From an uncultured Gammaproteobacteria bacterium (GTDB taxonomy: Bacteria > Patescibacteriota > Patescibacteriia > Patescibacteriales > JAKAJF01): DNA of 38,386 nucleotides. The notes below the pieces were generated by a model, which made no database searches, was not told the DNA's origin, and saw nothing but the letters and a program-made list of their open reading frames with translations. Each line of letters begins with the position of its first letter. Within the stretch, counting starts at the first letter, position 1. The stretch covers positions 1 through 38,386 of the forward strand of contig CAZZBC010000001.1 of NCBI GenBank assembly GCA_964652175.1. The letters run 5' to 3'. The position numbers and the translations under genes were made by a program. Below, one piece after another: positions 7,725 to 15,585 of this stretch.

Positions 7725-8282
7725 TTAGATATTAGAAATTTGACTGCCGTCTCCCTCCAACACCCTCTCTATCGTATCATTTTTGCTTAATTTTTCATAA
7801 TCCGGCAGCTCGCGCGCGTCGTTTATTCCCAGAAAACGAATAAAGTCAAAGGTAATATTGTAATAAGTTTCATTTTTTTTCTTGTCCATTCTGCCTTCAA
7901 TCAATCCTCGCAACAGAAGATTGCGCAAAATCAAAGCGCAATTAACGCCTCTGATTCTGTCTAGATCAATCTTGGAAATCGGTCCGCGATAGGCGATAAC
8001 GGTAAGCGCTTCCAAACTCGGCCGCGTCAATTCTCCGCTTGTTTCATCTTTTATGAACTCCCGCACTAACTTCGCGTTCTCGGGAGAACTTACCATCTGG
8101 TAATCAGAGCCGTTTTTTATAATTTGTATTCCGCTTTTGTTATTTTTATAATATTCAACCAATTCATCTCCGACCGCCTCCGCTTCTTTGGATGGCTTGC
8201 CGACCAAACCGGCAAGCTGTTTTGCCGACATCGGCTTGGCGGAAATAAAAAGCAGCGATTCAATTTGCGATTTTGTGGACAT
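7725..8282 (-). CDS. scpB: Segregation and condensation protein B
   Basis: MSTKSQIESLLFISAKPMSAKQLAGLVG plus winged-helix repeats. Start taken at Met12 of the track ORF (8282); overlaps the scpA 3' end. Confidence 0.85.
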   Translation of the reverse strand: MSTKSQIESLLFISAKPMSAKQLAGLVGKPSKEAEAVGDELVEYYKNNKSGIQIIKNGSDYQMVSSPENAKLVREFIKDETSGELTRPSLEALTVIAYRGPISKIDLDRIRGVNCALILRNLLLRGLIEGRMDKKKNETYYNITFDFIRFLGINDARELPDYEKLSKNDTIERVLEGDGSQISNI

Positions 8283-8970
8283 AAATTTCCTCAAACAATT
8301 CATTCTGCGCGACAAAAATTTGACGCTGTTTTATAAGTTCTAATAAAGCCAAAAAGCTCACAATCGCTTCCGTTTTTGACTTGGCGCCGGCTAAAATTTT
8401 ATTGAAACCCACCTTAACGCGGTCAAAAAGCATCTGTTGAATGGCCAATATTTTCTCTTCAATGCTTATCTTTCTTTCCATCTTCTCCTCCTCCAGTTTT
8501 TCCGGCGGCTGTAAACGCGCAAGCATCTCGACAAAAACCGTATTTAATCGCGCGGCGGTTAAATTTTTTGGCGGAGAAAAAACGTTCAAGTTGGCTAAAA
8601 TCGCCTGCCGGTTCCATTCGCGCGCGAACATAAATTTTTTCTCGCCAATCAAGGCATCTATTTCTTTCGCGGCTTCCAGAAATTCCTTATACATTTTTAA
8701 CTGACGCTCCAATTCGTCTATTTCTTTTTCTTCTTCCGAGCATAAATAAGGCAGAAGCGCCTTGGATTTGATTAACAAGAGCCGCGCGGCCACCACTAAA
8801 AAGTCCGCCAAATCATCCGGGTCAATAGAAGAAGAATTTTTTATATAATCAATATACTGATCCGCTATCTTAGCCAAGCTGATTTCAGTTATATCCAACT
8901 CTTCTTTCTCAATTAATTGCAAAAGCAAGCCCAAGGGCCCCTCAAATCTGTCTTGTTTGATGTGAAGCAT
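8260..8970 (-). CDS. scpA: Segregation and condensation protein A
   Basis: FEGPLGLLLQLIEKEELDITEISLAKIADQY is the classic ScpA N-terminus; 236 aa. Confidence 0.9.
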   Translation of the reverse strand: MLHIKQDRFEGPLGLLLQLIEKEELDITEISLAKIADQYIDYIKNSSSIDPDDLADFLVVAARLLLIKSKALLPYLCSEEEKEIDELERQLKMYKEFLEAAKEIDALIGEKKFMFAREWNRQAILANLNVFSPPKNLTAARLNTVFVEMLARLQPPEKLEEEKMERKISIEEKILAIQQMLFDRVKVGFNKILAGAKSKTEAIVSFLALLELIKQRQIFVAQNELFEEIYVHKIAN

Positions 8971-8974
8971 TATA

Positions 8975-9520
8975 CTATAAATTACTAATTTTTTTGACTT
9001 TCTTCTTCACTCCGAAACTTCCCAAAACGGCATTTTCTATTTTCGCAAAATCTTTCACTGCCATTTCCACGGAATGGTTAAAACTGCCGGAAGCGAACAC
9101 CGCCTTTTTGGCTTTAACAAGGCTCTTATCCATAATCACCGGCAATTTATGCAAGCCGCCGAAAGCGCTTAAGGCGCCAGCTTTAATTTTAAGCAAGTTG
9201 ACCATTATTTTTTCTCCCGGAATTTTAACTGCTTTTACTTTTTTGCCACCGGCCTTTCCAATGACCGCCGTCAGTTTCTTAAAATCCAAGTTGTGGTCGG
9301 CCGGAAGTAACACCAAATAATAATCTTTATCGGCCTGCACCAAAAGCGATTTTACCACCTCATTTAGCTTGCGGGCCATGGTGGCGGCTGTGTCAAAGGC
9401 CGTATAAACGGTTTTATGTTCCAAAACATTGTGCGGAACACCGGCTTTTTCTAGATATTTTATCAATTTTTCGGGCAATTTGCCCATTTTTGTTTTTGTG
9501 GAAGTTTTTTTCTTGGCCAT
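8975..9520 (-). CDS. ybaK: YbaK/EbsC-type aminoacyl-tRNA editing (deacylase) domain protein
   Basis: LEKAGVPHNVLEHKTVYTAFDTAATM...VKSLLVQADKDYYLVLLPADHNLDFKKL. Start assumed at MAKKKTS (9520); the track ORF extends to 9547. Lys-rich N-terminal tail. Confidence 0.8.
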   Translation of the reverse strand: MAKKKTSTKTKMGKLPEKLIKYLEKAGVPHNVLEHKTVYTAFDTAATMARKLNEVVKSLLVQADKDYYLVLLPADHNLDFKKLTAVIGKAGGKKVKAVKIPGEKIMVNLLKIKAGALSAFGGLHKLPVIMDKSLVKAKKAVFASGSFNHSVEMAVKDFAKIENAVLGSFGVKKKVKKISNL

Positions 9521-9835
9521 ATTTTTACTGCGGGATCTTGTCGTCAAATACCAACAACAAGACCCCGTGGTTAATTGTTAATTGTCATTTGCTAATTGTC
9601 TATATTATACCCTAAATTAAATTTTAAAGCAAAAGGTCTCGCAATAAAAAAGCGACTTCGTTTTTTATGACGAAGCCACCAGTTGCCCGGCACATTATTA
9701 CAACTCTTTGGCCGACCGGGATATGTAGCCAATTCCCTCACCTCCTTTTTTTATGTTATTCCTTTCGAAAAACACCAATAGCGAACAAAGCGCATGCGGA
9801 TTCAAAAAGAGTGCGACCAAACCGCCGAGTGGCTG

Positions 9836-10196
9836 TCAACGAACTGGTTCCGCCGGCGCTATGCCTTTCGCGTCATTCCTTATTTTCTGCGGCAAGCATT
9901 GGTAGCCGGCGTCATGCGGCCAGCGTTCATAGAAATAATTATATCTTACATCCTTCTTGTCTTTGTTAGAGGTCTTAAAAGTCGCGCAAAGTTTATAAGC
10001 CCTCTCGCCAGTCACCTTATAATCAAACCTAACTTTTGTCAAAGAGTCGGCAATATCTTCATCCTTTAAATAATAAAGGGTTTGGTCTTTAAGCAGCTCA
10101 TCCAGAACAGTTGGTATTTTTTTCTGCTCGCCATAATAAGTGCTTATGGCGCTGTCAATGCTATCAAACCTCTCTAAAATGGCATTATCTTCTTTT
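9836..10196 (-). pseudogene. Pseudopilin-like C-terminal domain ORF without a usable start, probably the frameshifted 3' part of the DUF5671-like gene
   Basis: Open from just after 10199 to TGA at 9836. KEDNAILERFDSIDSAISTYYGEQKKIPTVLDELL...VRFDYKVTGERAYKLCATFKTSN has no ATG; the track starts it at an internal TTG (10042). It lies one frame off the upstream ORF that ends at 10202. Confidence 0.45.
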
Positions 10197-10201
10197 CACT
10201 C

Positions 10202-10789
10202 TCATTTATCAAAAGAATAAGCAATAAAAAAAAATAAAGAAATAAAAGCGGCGAGGACTAAAACGAGAGAGCCGTAAAAATAGGCCCGTAAAATCTTGCT
10301 CTTAGCGCCCGTTATGATTTCCCTTTTTGTGTCATAAAGATAATAGGAAAAAATCGCGGCCGCGATGAAAATGGCCGTTGCCGCCCTTAAAATGAATTTT
10401 AAAGTAAGTTCGCCCTCCAAAAAATTATAAACAATGGCGATAAACCAGCCGATCATTACCACCGAGGAAACGAATAAAATAAAATGGGTAAGCCATTTTC
10501 TCACTCCCGCTTCCTTGTCAAGCTTGCCGGAAAGCAAATTTTTATTAATCTGCCAGGTCATAATGTAATAAATCGGGGCGGCGATGATAATAGCCGAAAT
10601 GGCGAATTTCATGGCTCCCTCATCAAACATGCCAGGCAAAGTTCCGGCCGCATCAATAATTTTTTTGTTAATAATCTGAAAAATAATCATGCCCGTGGAC
10701 ATAGCCATGAATATAAGCGCCACTAAAGAAAGCATATAAAAAAACGCGTACTTGGCCGCATTGTTTTGCGGAATTGTTTGTTGTTCCAT
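10202..10789 (-). CDS. Multi-pass membrane protein, DUF5671-like
   Basis: 195 aa with 5-6 predicted TM helices. The N-terminus AKYAFFYMLSLVALIFMAMSTGMIIFQIINK resembles the CPR DUF5671 family as I recall it (not searched). Confidence 0.7.
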   Translation of the reverse strand: MEQQTIPQNNAAKYAFFYMLSLVALIFMAMSTGMIIFQIINKKIIDAAGTLPGMFDEGAMKFAISAIIIAAPIYYIMTWQINKNLLSGKLDKEAGVRKWLTHFILFVSSVVMIGWFIAIVYNFLEGELTLKFILRAATAIFIAAAIFSYYLYDTKREIITGAKSKILRAYFYGSLVLVLAAFISLFFFIAYSFDK

Positions 10790-10807
10790 ATGTTTTATAA
10801 ATTACCG

Positions 10808-10891
10808 CCCCCTTTGTATAAAGGGGGTTGGGGGATTTTTGTGTTTTTCACATTCTTAAACCCCCTTTATCCCCCTTATACAAGGGGGGGG
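10808..10891. repeat. C5/G5 hairpin module, full inverted pair (copy B)
   Basis: Left arm 10808-10840 ccccctttgtataaagggggttgggggattttt. Right arm 10858-10891 aaaccccctttatcccccttatacaagggggggg. Lies between the aspS stop and the membrane-protein start. Confidence 0.85.
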
Positions 10892-10905
10892 CTTTAAAAA
10901 TATAT

Positions 10906-12714
10906 TTAAGAAGATTTTATCGCCTTAATATTTAATTCCTTCAAATGCTTTTCTGGCACGTCGCCGGGAGAACCCATGAGCAAATCGCGACCATGCCCGT
11001 CTTTCGGAAAAGCGTAGATATCGCGGATGGAATCCCAGTCATTCAACACCATTAAAATCCGGTCAATGCCCGGCGCGTTGCCTCCGTGCGGCGGCGCGCC
11101 GTATTCAAAAGCACGAATCATGCCGCCAAATTTGGCGTCCACTTCTGCTTTTGTGTAACCCACGATTTCAAACGCCTTATACATAATTTCAGGGTCGTGA
11201 TTTCTGATGGCGCCGCTTGAAACTTCATAGCCGTTTAAAATCATGTCGTATTGGTAAGCCAGAATGTCCAGCGGCTCTTTTTCGGCAAGCGCTTTAAGCC
11301 CGCCCTGCGGCATGGAAAAAGGATTGTGCGCGAAATCAATTTTGCCGTCGTCAAGTTCGGACCAGTCATACATTGGAAAATCAACCACCCAGCACCAAGC
11401 GGCCTTTTTGTTGTCTTTAAGGCCGAGTTTTTTTCCGCATTCATTGCGCACTGCTCCAAGCGCGTGACACACGGTCCGCCACTCATCCGCGCCGAAAAAT
11501 ATAATGTCGCCCGTTTTCGCGCCGACTTTTTTTACAATATCATTGGCCAATTTATCACCCAAAAATTTTACGATCGGCGATTGTAATTCTCCTCTCTCTT
11601 TAATTATGATGTAAGCCAGCCCTTTTGCGCCTTTGGCTTTGGCGATTTCCGTCAGCTCGTCAATTTCCTTGCGGCTGAATTTGGCGCCGGCGTCAACTTT
11701 CAAAGCGTGAACAGCGCCGCCCTTGGCAACAGCATCGCTAAACACGCTAAATCCGCATCCTTTAACCACATCCGTGATCGGCGTTATTTCCATATTGAAT
11801 CTCAAATCCGGTTTGTCGGTTCCATATTTTTCCATAGCTTCTCTCCATGGTATTTTTTTAAAAGCGCCATTTTTATCCAAACCGACAATTTTCTTGTCGG
11901 AAAACTTCTTTGTCGCTTGAATCCAAAGCGGCTCCATTATATTAAAGATGTCTTGTTGTTCCACAAAACTCATTTCCATGTCCAGTTGGTAAAACTCGCC
12001 GTAATGCCGGTCCTCGCGCGGATCCTCATCGCGAAAACAAGGCGCGATTTGAAAATAACGGTCGCATCCTCCCACCATCAAAAGCTGCTTGAACTGCTGA
12101 GGCGCTTGGGGCAGAGCGTAAAATTTTCCCGGGAAATACCGCGACGGCACTAGGAAATCGCGCGCGCCCTCCGGAGATGAATTGGCTAAAATGGGCGTTT
12201 GCACTTCTACAAATTCCTGTTTATGAAAATACTCTCTTATGTAAGCGATGAATTCATCTTTGACTTTAAGCATTTTCTGCAGTTTGTCGCGGCGCAAATC
12301 AAGGAAACGATATTTCAGCCGTATCTCCTCGTGCGCTTCAGCCGCCTTTTCTTCGTTTATCTCAAACGGCGGCGTTTTTGATTTGTTTAATATTTCAAGA
12401 TCATCACATTCAACTTCAATCTCGCCGGTCGCGAGCTTGGGATTGACCATCTCCTTCGGCCGCGCGACCACCTTGCCTTTTATTTTTATCACCCATTCAT
12501 GCCTTAATGTGTCCGCCAATTTATATGCTGCTTCCATCTGTGCTGAGCTTGTCGAAGCAGGCCTGAAGGTAATCTGCGTCAAGCCGTAGCGGTCGCGCAG
12601 GTCAATAAAAATAATCCCGCCATGGTCGCGACGGCTATGTACCCAGCCGGCAAGTTCCACGGTATGGGCTACATGCCTTTTATTCAATTCTCCGCATGTG
12701 TGCGTGCGCAACAT
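10906..12714 (-). CDS. aspS: Aspartyl-tRNA synthetase
   Basis: 602 aa. MLRTHTCGELN N-terminus with OB fold, class II motifs (FRDEDPREDRH, GGNAPGIDRI), bacterial insertion domain. Confidence 0.95.
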   Translation of the reverse strand: MLRTHTCGELNKRHVAHTVELAGWVHSRRDHGGIIFIDLRDRYGLTQITFRPASTSSAQMEAAYKLADTLRHEWVIKIKGKVVARPKEMVNPKLATGEIEVECDDLEILNKSKTPPFEINEEKAAEAHEEIRLKYRFLDLRRDKLQKMLKVKDEFIAYIREYFHKQEFVEVQTPILANSSPEGARDFLVPSRYFPGKFYALPQAPQQFKQLLMVGGCDRYFQIAPCFRDEDPREDRHYGEFYQLDMEMSFVEQQDIFNIMEPLWIQATKKFSDKKIVGLDKNGAFKKIPWREAMEKYGTDKPDLRFNMEITPITDVVKGCGFSVFSDAVAKGGAVHALKVDAGAKFSRKEIDELTEIAKAKGAKGLAYIIIKERGELQSPIVKFLGDKLANDIVKKVGAKTGDIIFFGADEWRTVCHALGAVRNECGKKLGLKDNKKAAWCWVVDFPMYDWSELDDGKIDFAHNPFSMPQGGLKALAEKEPLDILAYQYDMILNGYEVSSGAIRNHDPEIMYKAFEIVGYTKAEVDAKFGGMIRAFEYGAPPHGGNAPGIDRILMVLNDWDSIRDIYAFPKDGHGRDLLMGSPGDVPEKHLKELNIKAIKSS

Positions 12715-12723
12715 ACAAATGTG

Positions 12724-12757
12724 CCCCCTTTACAAAAGGGGGGATAAAGGGGGATTT
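12724..12757 (-). repeat. C5/G5 hairpin module, single arm (copy C) in the aspS leader
   Basis: ccccctttacaaaaggggggataaagggggattt. On the minus strand, AAATCCCCC-TTTAT-CCCCCCTTTT-GT-AAAGGGGG ends 9 nt before the aspS ATG. Confidence 0.8.
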
Positions 12758-12766
12758 ATACTCTTT

Positions 12767-12795
12767 ATCCTACCCCATTTTTCCAATTTTAGCAA
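12767..12795 (-). promoter_or_regulatory. Candidate sigma70-type promoter for aspS
   Basis: Minus strand: TTGCTA (12795-12790), 17-nt spacer, TAGGAT (12772-12767). This places the C5/G5 arm in the 5' UTR. Pattern match only. Confidence 0.35.
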
Positions 12796-12877
12796 GAAAA
12801 AAGTCGAACATTTTTCAGTTCGGCGTTGTGTCGCTCAATCCGCAAATCAAGCGTTCTAAATTGAAACATACGGCTCT

Positions 12878-13078
12878 TCACTCTTCATTGGCGCGGGCCG
12901 ACCACTTCAGTACCTGTTCCGTCCCCAAGACGGTTTTTTTATAAAGTTCAATATTATTTTTTTCTCCGTGTTCCCTATACTCTTTTTTAGCTACTTCCAC
13001 GGCTTCGTCATGAGTCGTGTTAGTAAGAATACGAGGCACTAAGCCGCGATAAAGAAAATAATTATTCTTCTCTTCCAT
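12878..13078 (-). CDS. Small hypothetical protein (66 aa)
   Basis: ATG at 13078 is preceded by AAAGGAGGAGTT (one of the few clear SD sites in the window). MEEKNNYFLYRGLVPRILTNTTHDEAVEVAKKEYREHGEK...; no family recognised. Confidence 0.5.
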   Translation of the reverse strand: MEEKNNYFLYRGLVPRILTNTTHDEAVEVAKKEYREHGEKNNIELYKKTVLGTEQVLKWSARANEE

Positions 13079-13108
13079 AACTCCTCCTTTATTCAACCCT
13101 ATATTTTA

Positions 13109-13828
13109 CTACACACTAAAATTATATTTTAAAAAAGAACTTATTATGTTTGTCGCCTCCTTTTCTAATTTGTTATTAATTTTTAATTTTATTGAATTTG
13201 CCAAACCATTTTCCACAACCACTCTCAACACCTTAATGCAATCATCTGAAATTGTCAACCCCGCCGGCGAACACTTGCCGCACGCCACTCCCCCTTTTGC
13301 CAAATCAAATTTATTGCCATCACCCGGCGTAATCCTCTTATGGCAAACAACGCAATTATAAAGCTCTGGCTTATGTCCAAGGAAAACCAACAACTTCAAA
13401 ATAAAAAAATTATATAACAATTGTCCGCCTTTGGCGGAGACCATTTGTTCGCTATTTAAAATTTTCAATGTTTCTTGCAATAAAAAAAATATATATTCAT
13501 CCCTTTCATTTCCCTTAACTAACTCGTTAAAAATCTTTAACACGCCCCCCGCCAAAAATATTTTTTCCAAATCATTTTTTATGTTAAAGTAGCTATTCTC
13601 GCTCACCGTGCTTCCGGCGTAATCGTAGTTTTTCCCCCGCACCACCATCAGGCGCGAAAAAGTAATCGGCTCCAAATGCGCCGCCAGCTTTGAACCGGCT
13701 TTCCTCGCCCCTCGCGCCATTAAATCCAACTTGCCTCTTTCTTTGCTGTAAACCGTCACCCTTGCGCCATCTTCGCGCCACGGCGTCCTATTCAGCACTA
13801 TGGCTTTTGTAAAGTATGTTTCTTCCAT
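13109..13828 (-). CDS. recO: DNA repair protein RecO
   Basis: N-terminal OB fold (TKAIVLNRTPWREDGARVTVYSKERGKLDLMARGARK) and zinc motif CVVCHK...CGKC. Confidence 0.85.
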   Translation of the reverse strand: MEETYFTKAIVLNRTPWREDGARVTVYSKERGKLDLMARGARKAGSKLAAHLEPITFSRLMVVRGKNYDYAGSTVSENSYFNIKNDLEKIFLAGGVLKIFNELVKGNERDEYIFFLLQETLKILNSEQMVSAKGGQLLYNFFILKLLVFLGHKPELYNCVVCHKRITPGDGNKFDLAKGGVACGKCSPAGLTISDDCIKVLRVVVENGLANSIKLKINNKLEKEATNIISSFLKYNFSV

Positions 13829-13848
13829 AAAAATTTAAACCGTTAAAT

Positions 13849-13946
13849 AATTCCGCGTGATTTCGCGTTCAATTCCGCGTAGTTCAGCAATAAAATGGAC
13901 TTAACGCGGAAAAACGCAGAATATTACGCAGAACGACGCAGAAAAA
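13849..13946. repeat. Dyad-symmetric array of seven ACGC(G/A)GAA octamers
   Basis: aattccgcgt 13849-58, atttcgcgt 13860-68 and aattccgcgt 13871-80, then the inverted sense: acgcggaa 13904-11 and acgcagaa at 13914, 13927 and 13937. Confidence 0.7.
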
Positions 13947-13959
13947 TAATTACTCAACT

Positions 13960-15096
13960 TTAAACAACCAGTAAAAACGCAAACAACGCTATCATCCCGA
14001 GGGACAGTAAAATTATGCGCGGATGCTGTTTTCTGATTTCAATAAAAATATTTAAAAGAAAAGCGATGAGCAAAACAATTAAAATAAATTGATAATAAAT
14101 GGAACTTAAACCAAGAAGGGGTTTGGCGTATTTTGCTTGGTACGATTTTAAAAAGAAGTACTGGTCTAAAAATGATGGCTTTACGGGTTTGACGTTCTCC
14201 CAACTTATATCCACGGCGCGAGTAGTGCCGGCGCGGTCGGTTATTGATAAGTTCGCCGGCACAACAGGATTTAAAATCCTTGCGGCGTCCTCTTCGTAAA
14301 TAACCGTTCGGCCAGACCATTTATTACCGCCTTCTTCCTTGTTTAATGCCATTCTATAATCGCCAAAAATAACTTCGGCTTTAACAGCCTCCTCTCCTAA
14401 AAAAGCCGTAGCGCTAATCACTTTTTCTTTTTGACCCACAGGATCAATAATTGTCAGTTTGGCATTGTTGGCGTCAATAACGGACGATTCCGCGTTATTG
14501 GTTTCTGTGGCAGAAACGGCCGGAGGTGTTATAAGTGTTTTTGGCGCACCGAAAAATTGGGCCACAAAAATCGTATCAATTCCCTGATAGTCGCCGCCGA
14601 CCGCTCCCGCGCCTACCTCTTTAAAATCAGGATCAATCATGTTGGCGTAGTGCGTTTTGCTTCTCTTCCACCCTTCTATAACCTCGGGGGCGTCCGAAAA
14701 TCCCATAGCTAAATTTTCTCCGGCTGCTGAATAATCATATTTGATTTTATCCAGCCAATAGGCCAGCCCTTTTTGCGTAGGGCTTATATGGTCAAAGTAT
14801 TGATTTAAGAGCATATCTTGGACCTTGGCGGAAGCGGCTTCATTTAATTGCTCGCTTTCAGCCAAGAGTTCAAGTTTCAAATTGCTCCTCACTTCATTGG
14901 TTAAGGCGATTATTTTCTTCCCCTGTTCAACAATCAAGTCCGGAGCCAGCCACGCGCTCACCGGGTAAACGGCCATGAAGCCCACCACGATAATTTTTAT
15001 TATTACCGCGGCGCCCGCGTGAAAAACCAGCCTCTTCGGCTGAAGGGCCGTTGGCTTATAATTATTACCTTTATGTGGTATAAAAAAATTCTTCAT
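13960..15096 (-). CDS. CAP/SCP (YkwD-like) domain protein with N- and C-terminal membrane anchors
   Basis: CAP-domain motifs (LNEAASAKVQDMLLNQYFDHISP; GENLAMGF...EGWKRSKTHYANMIDPDFKEVG). TM helices near both ends. Confidence 0.8.
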   Translation of the reverse strand: MKNFFIPHKGNNYKPTALQPKRLVFHAGAAVIIKIIVVGFMAVYPVSAWLAPDLIVEQGKKIIALTNEVRSNLKLELLAESEQLNEAASAKVQDMLLNQYFDHISPTQKGLAYWLDKIKYDYSAAGENLAMGFSDAPEVIEGWKRSKTHYANMIDPDFKEVGAGAVGGDYQGIDTIFVAQFFGAPKTLITPPAVSATETNNAESSVIDANNAKLTIIDPVGQKEKVISATAFLGEEAVKAEVIFGDYRMALNKEEGGNKWSGRTVIYEEDAARILNPVVPANLSITDRAGTTRAVDISWENVKPVKPSFLDQYFFLKSYQAKYAKPLLGLSSIYYQFILIVLLIAFLLNIFIEIRKQHPRIILLSLGMIALFAFLLVV

Positions 15097-15216
15097 CCCG
15101 TTAGAGGCAGGTCGCGGTCCGCACCTGACGATAATTAGATAAATAATAAAAATTCTTATTTGTCATATGGGCTAAAAATATATTTATGACGAACTGCGAC
15201 CGCGGCCTCTAACGGG
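15097..15216. mobile_element. 120-bp element with GC-rich terminal inverted repeats and an AT-rich core (MITE-like)
   Basis: cccgttagaggc[aggt]cgcggtc at 15097-15119 against gcgaccgcggcctctaacggg at 15196-15216 (12 + 7 bp complementary). The left end abuts the CAP-gene ATG; the right arm encodes the last ~11 codons of ruvX. Confidence 0.55.
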
Positions 15217-15585
15217 ATCAAAATAACTCTGCAGTATAAGCATCGCCGCCACCGCGTCGCGCGGCGCTTTTGTTTTTTTGGTCCCGCCTAAAGCGTCCGC
15301 TGCCTTGCTGGTCAGCCGCTCATCCATAAACTCCACCGACACCCCCGCTTTCTTTCTTAATTCCTCAATAAATTTATTGAATTTTTTATTGAAAATTGAA
15401 AATTGAAAATTGAAAATTGATATTGGTTTTCCCACCACCATCACATCTATCTCCTCTTCCCTGATCACTTTCAACACCTCTTCTAAGCCGCCAACCACCT
15501 TAAAGGGCGTTGCTATTTTTGTTTCATCGTCGCCCAAAGCCAAGCCTATTCTTTTTTCCCCCCAATCAATGCCGAGATACTTCAT
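15184..15585 (-). CDS. ruvX: Putative pre-16S rRNA nuclease / Holliday junction resolvase-like protein YqgF
   Basis: MKYLGIDWGEKRIGLALGDD...VVGKP...DERLTSKAA...AAMLILQSYFD. It contains the heptamer repeat (ISIFNFQFSIFN) and a repeat-encoded C-terminal tail PVRGRGRSSS. Confidence 0.85.
   Translation of the reverse strand: MKYLGIDWGEKRIGLALGDDETKIATPFKVVGGLEEVLKVIREEEIDVMVVGKPISIFNFQFSIFNKKFNKFIEELRKKAGVSVEFMDERLTSKAADALGGTKKTKAPRDAVAAMLILQSYFDPVRGRGRSSS
15388..15420. repeat. Heptanucleotide tandem repeat (ATTGAAA) x4.7 inside the ruvX CDS
   Basis: attgaaaattgaaaattgaaaattgaaaattga. The unit length is not a multiple of three. Confidence 0.9.

Noticed and set aside
9667-10069. Plus-strand ORFs 9667..9969 and 9794..10069
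   Set aside because: Their translations are rich in Arg/Cys/His/Pro. They overlap the better-supported minus-strand pilin-like ORF and have no start context.
15388-15420. CRISPR array (also considered for 4203-4226, 7713-7740, 20436-20464 and 29525-29624)
   Set aside because: The units are 7-15 nt (or two copies of 44-56 nt) and directly tandem, with no spacers of CRISPR length. No cas genes are in the window.
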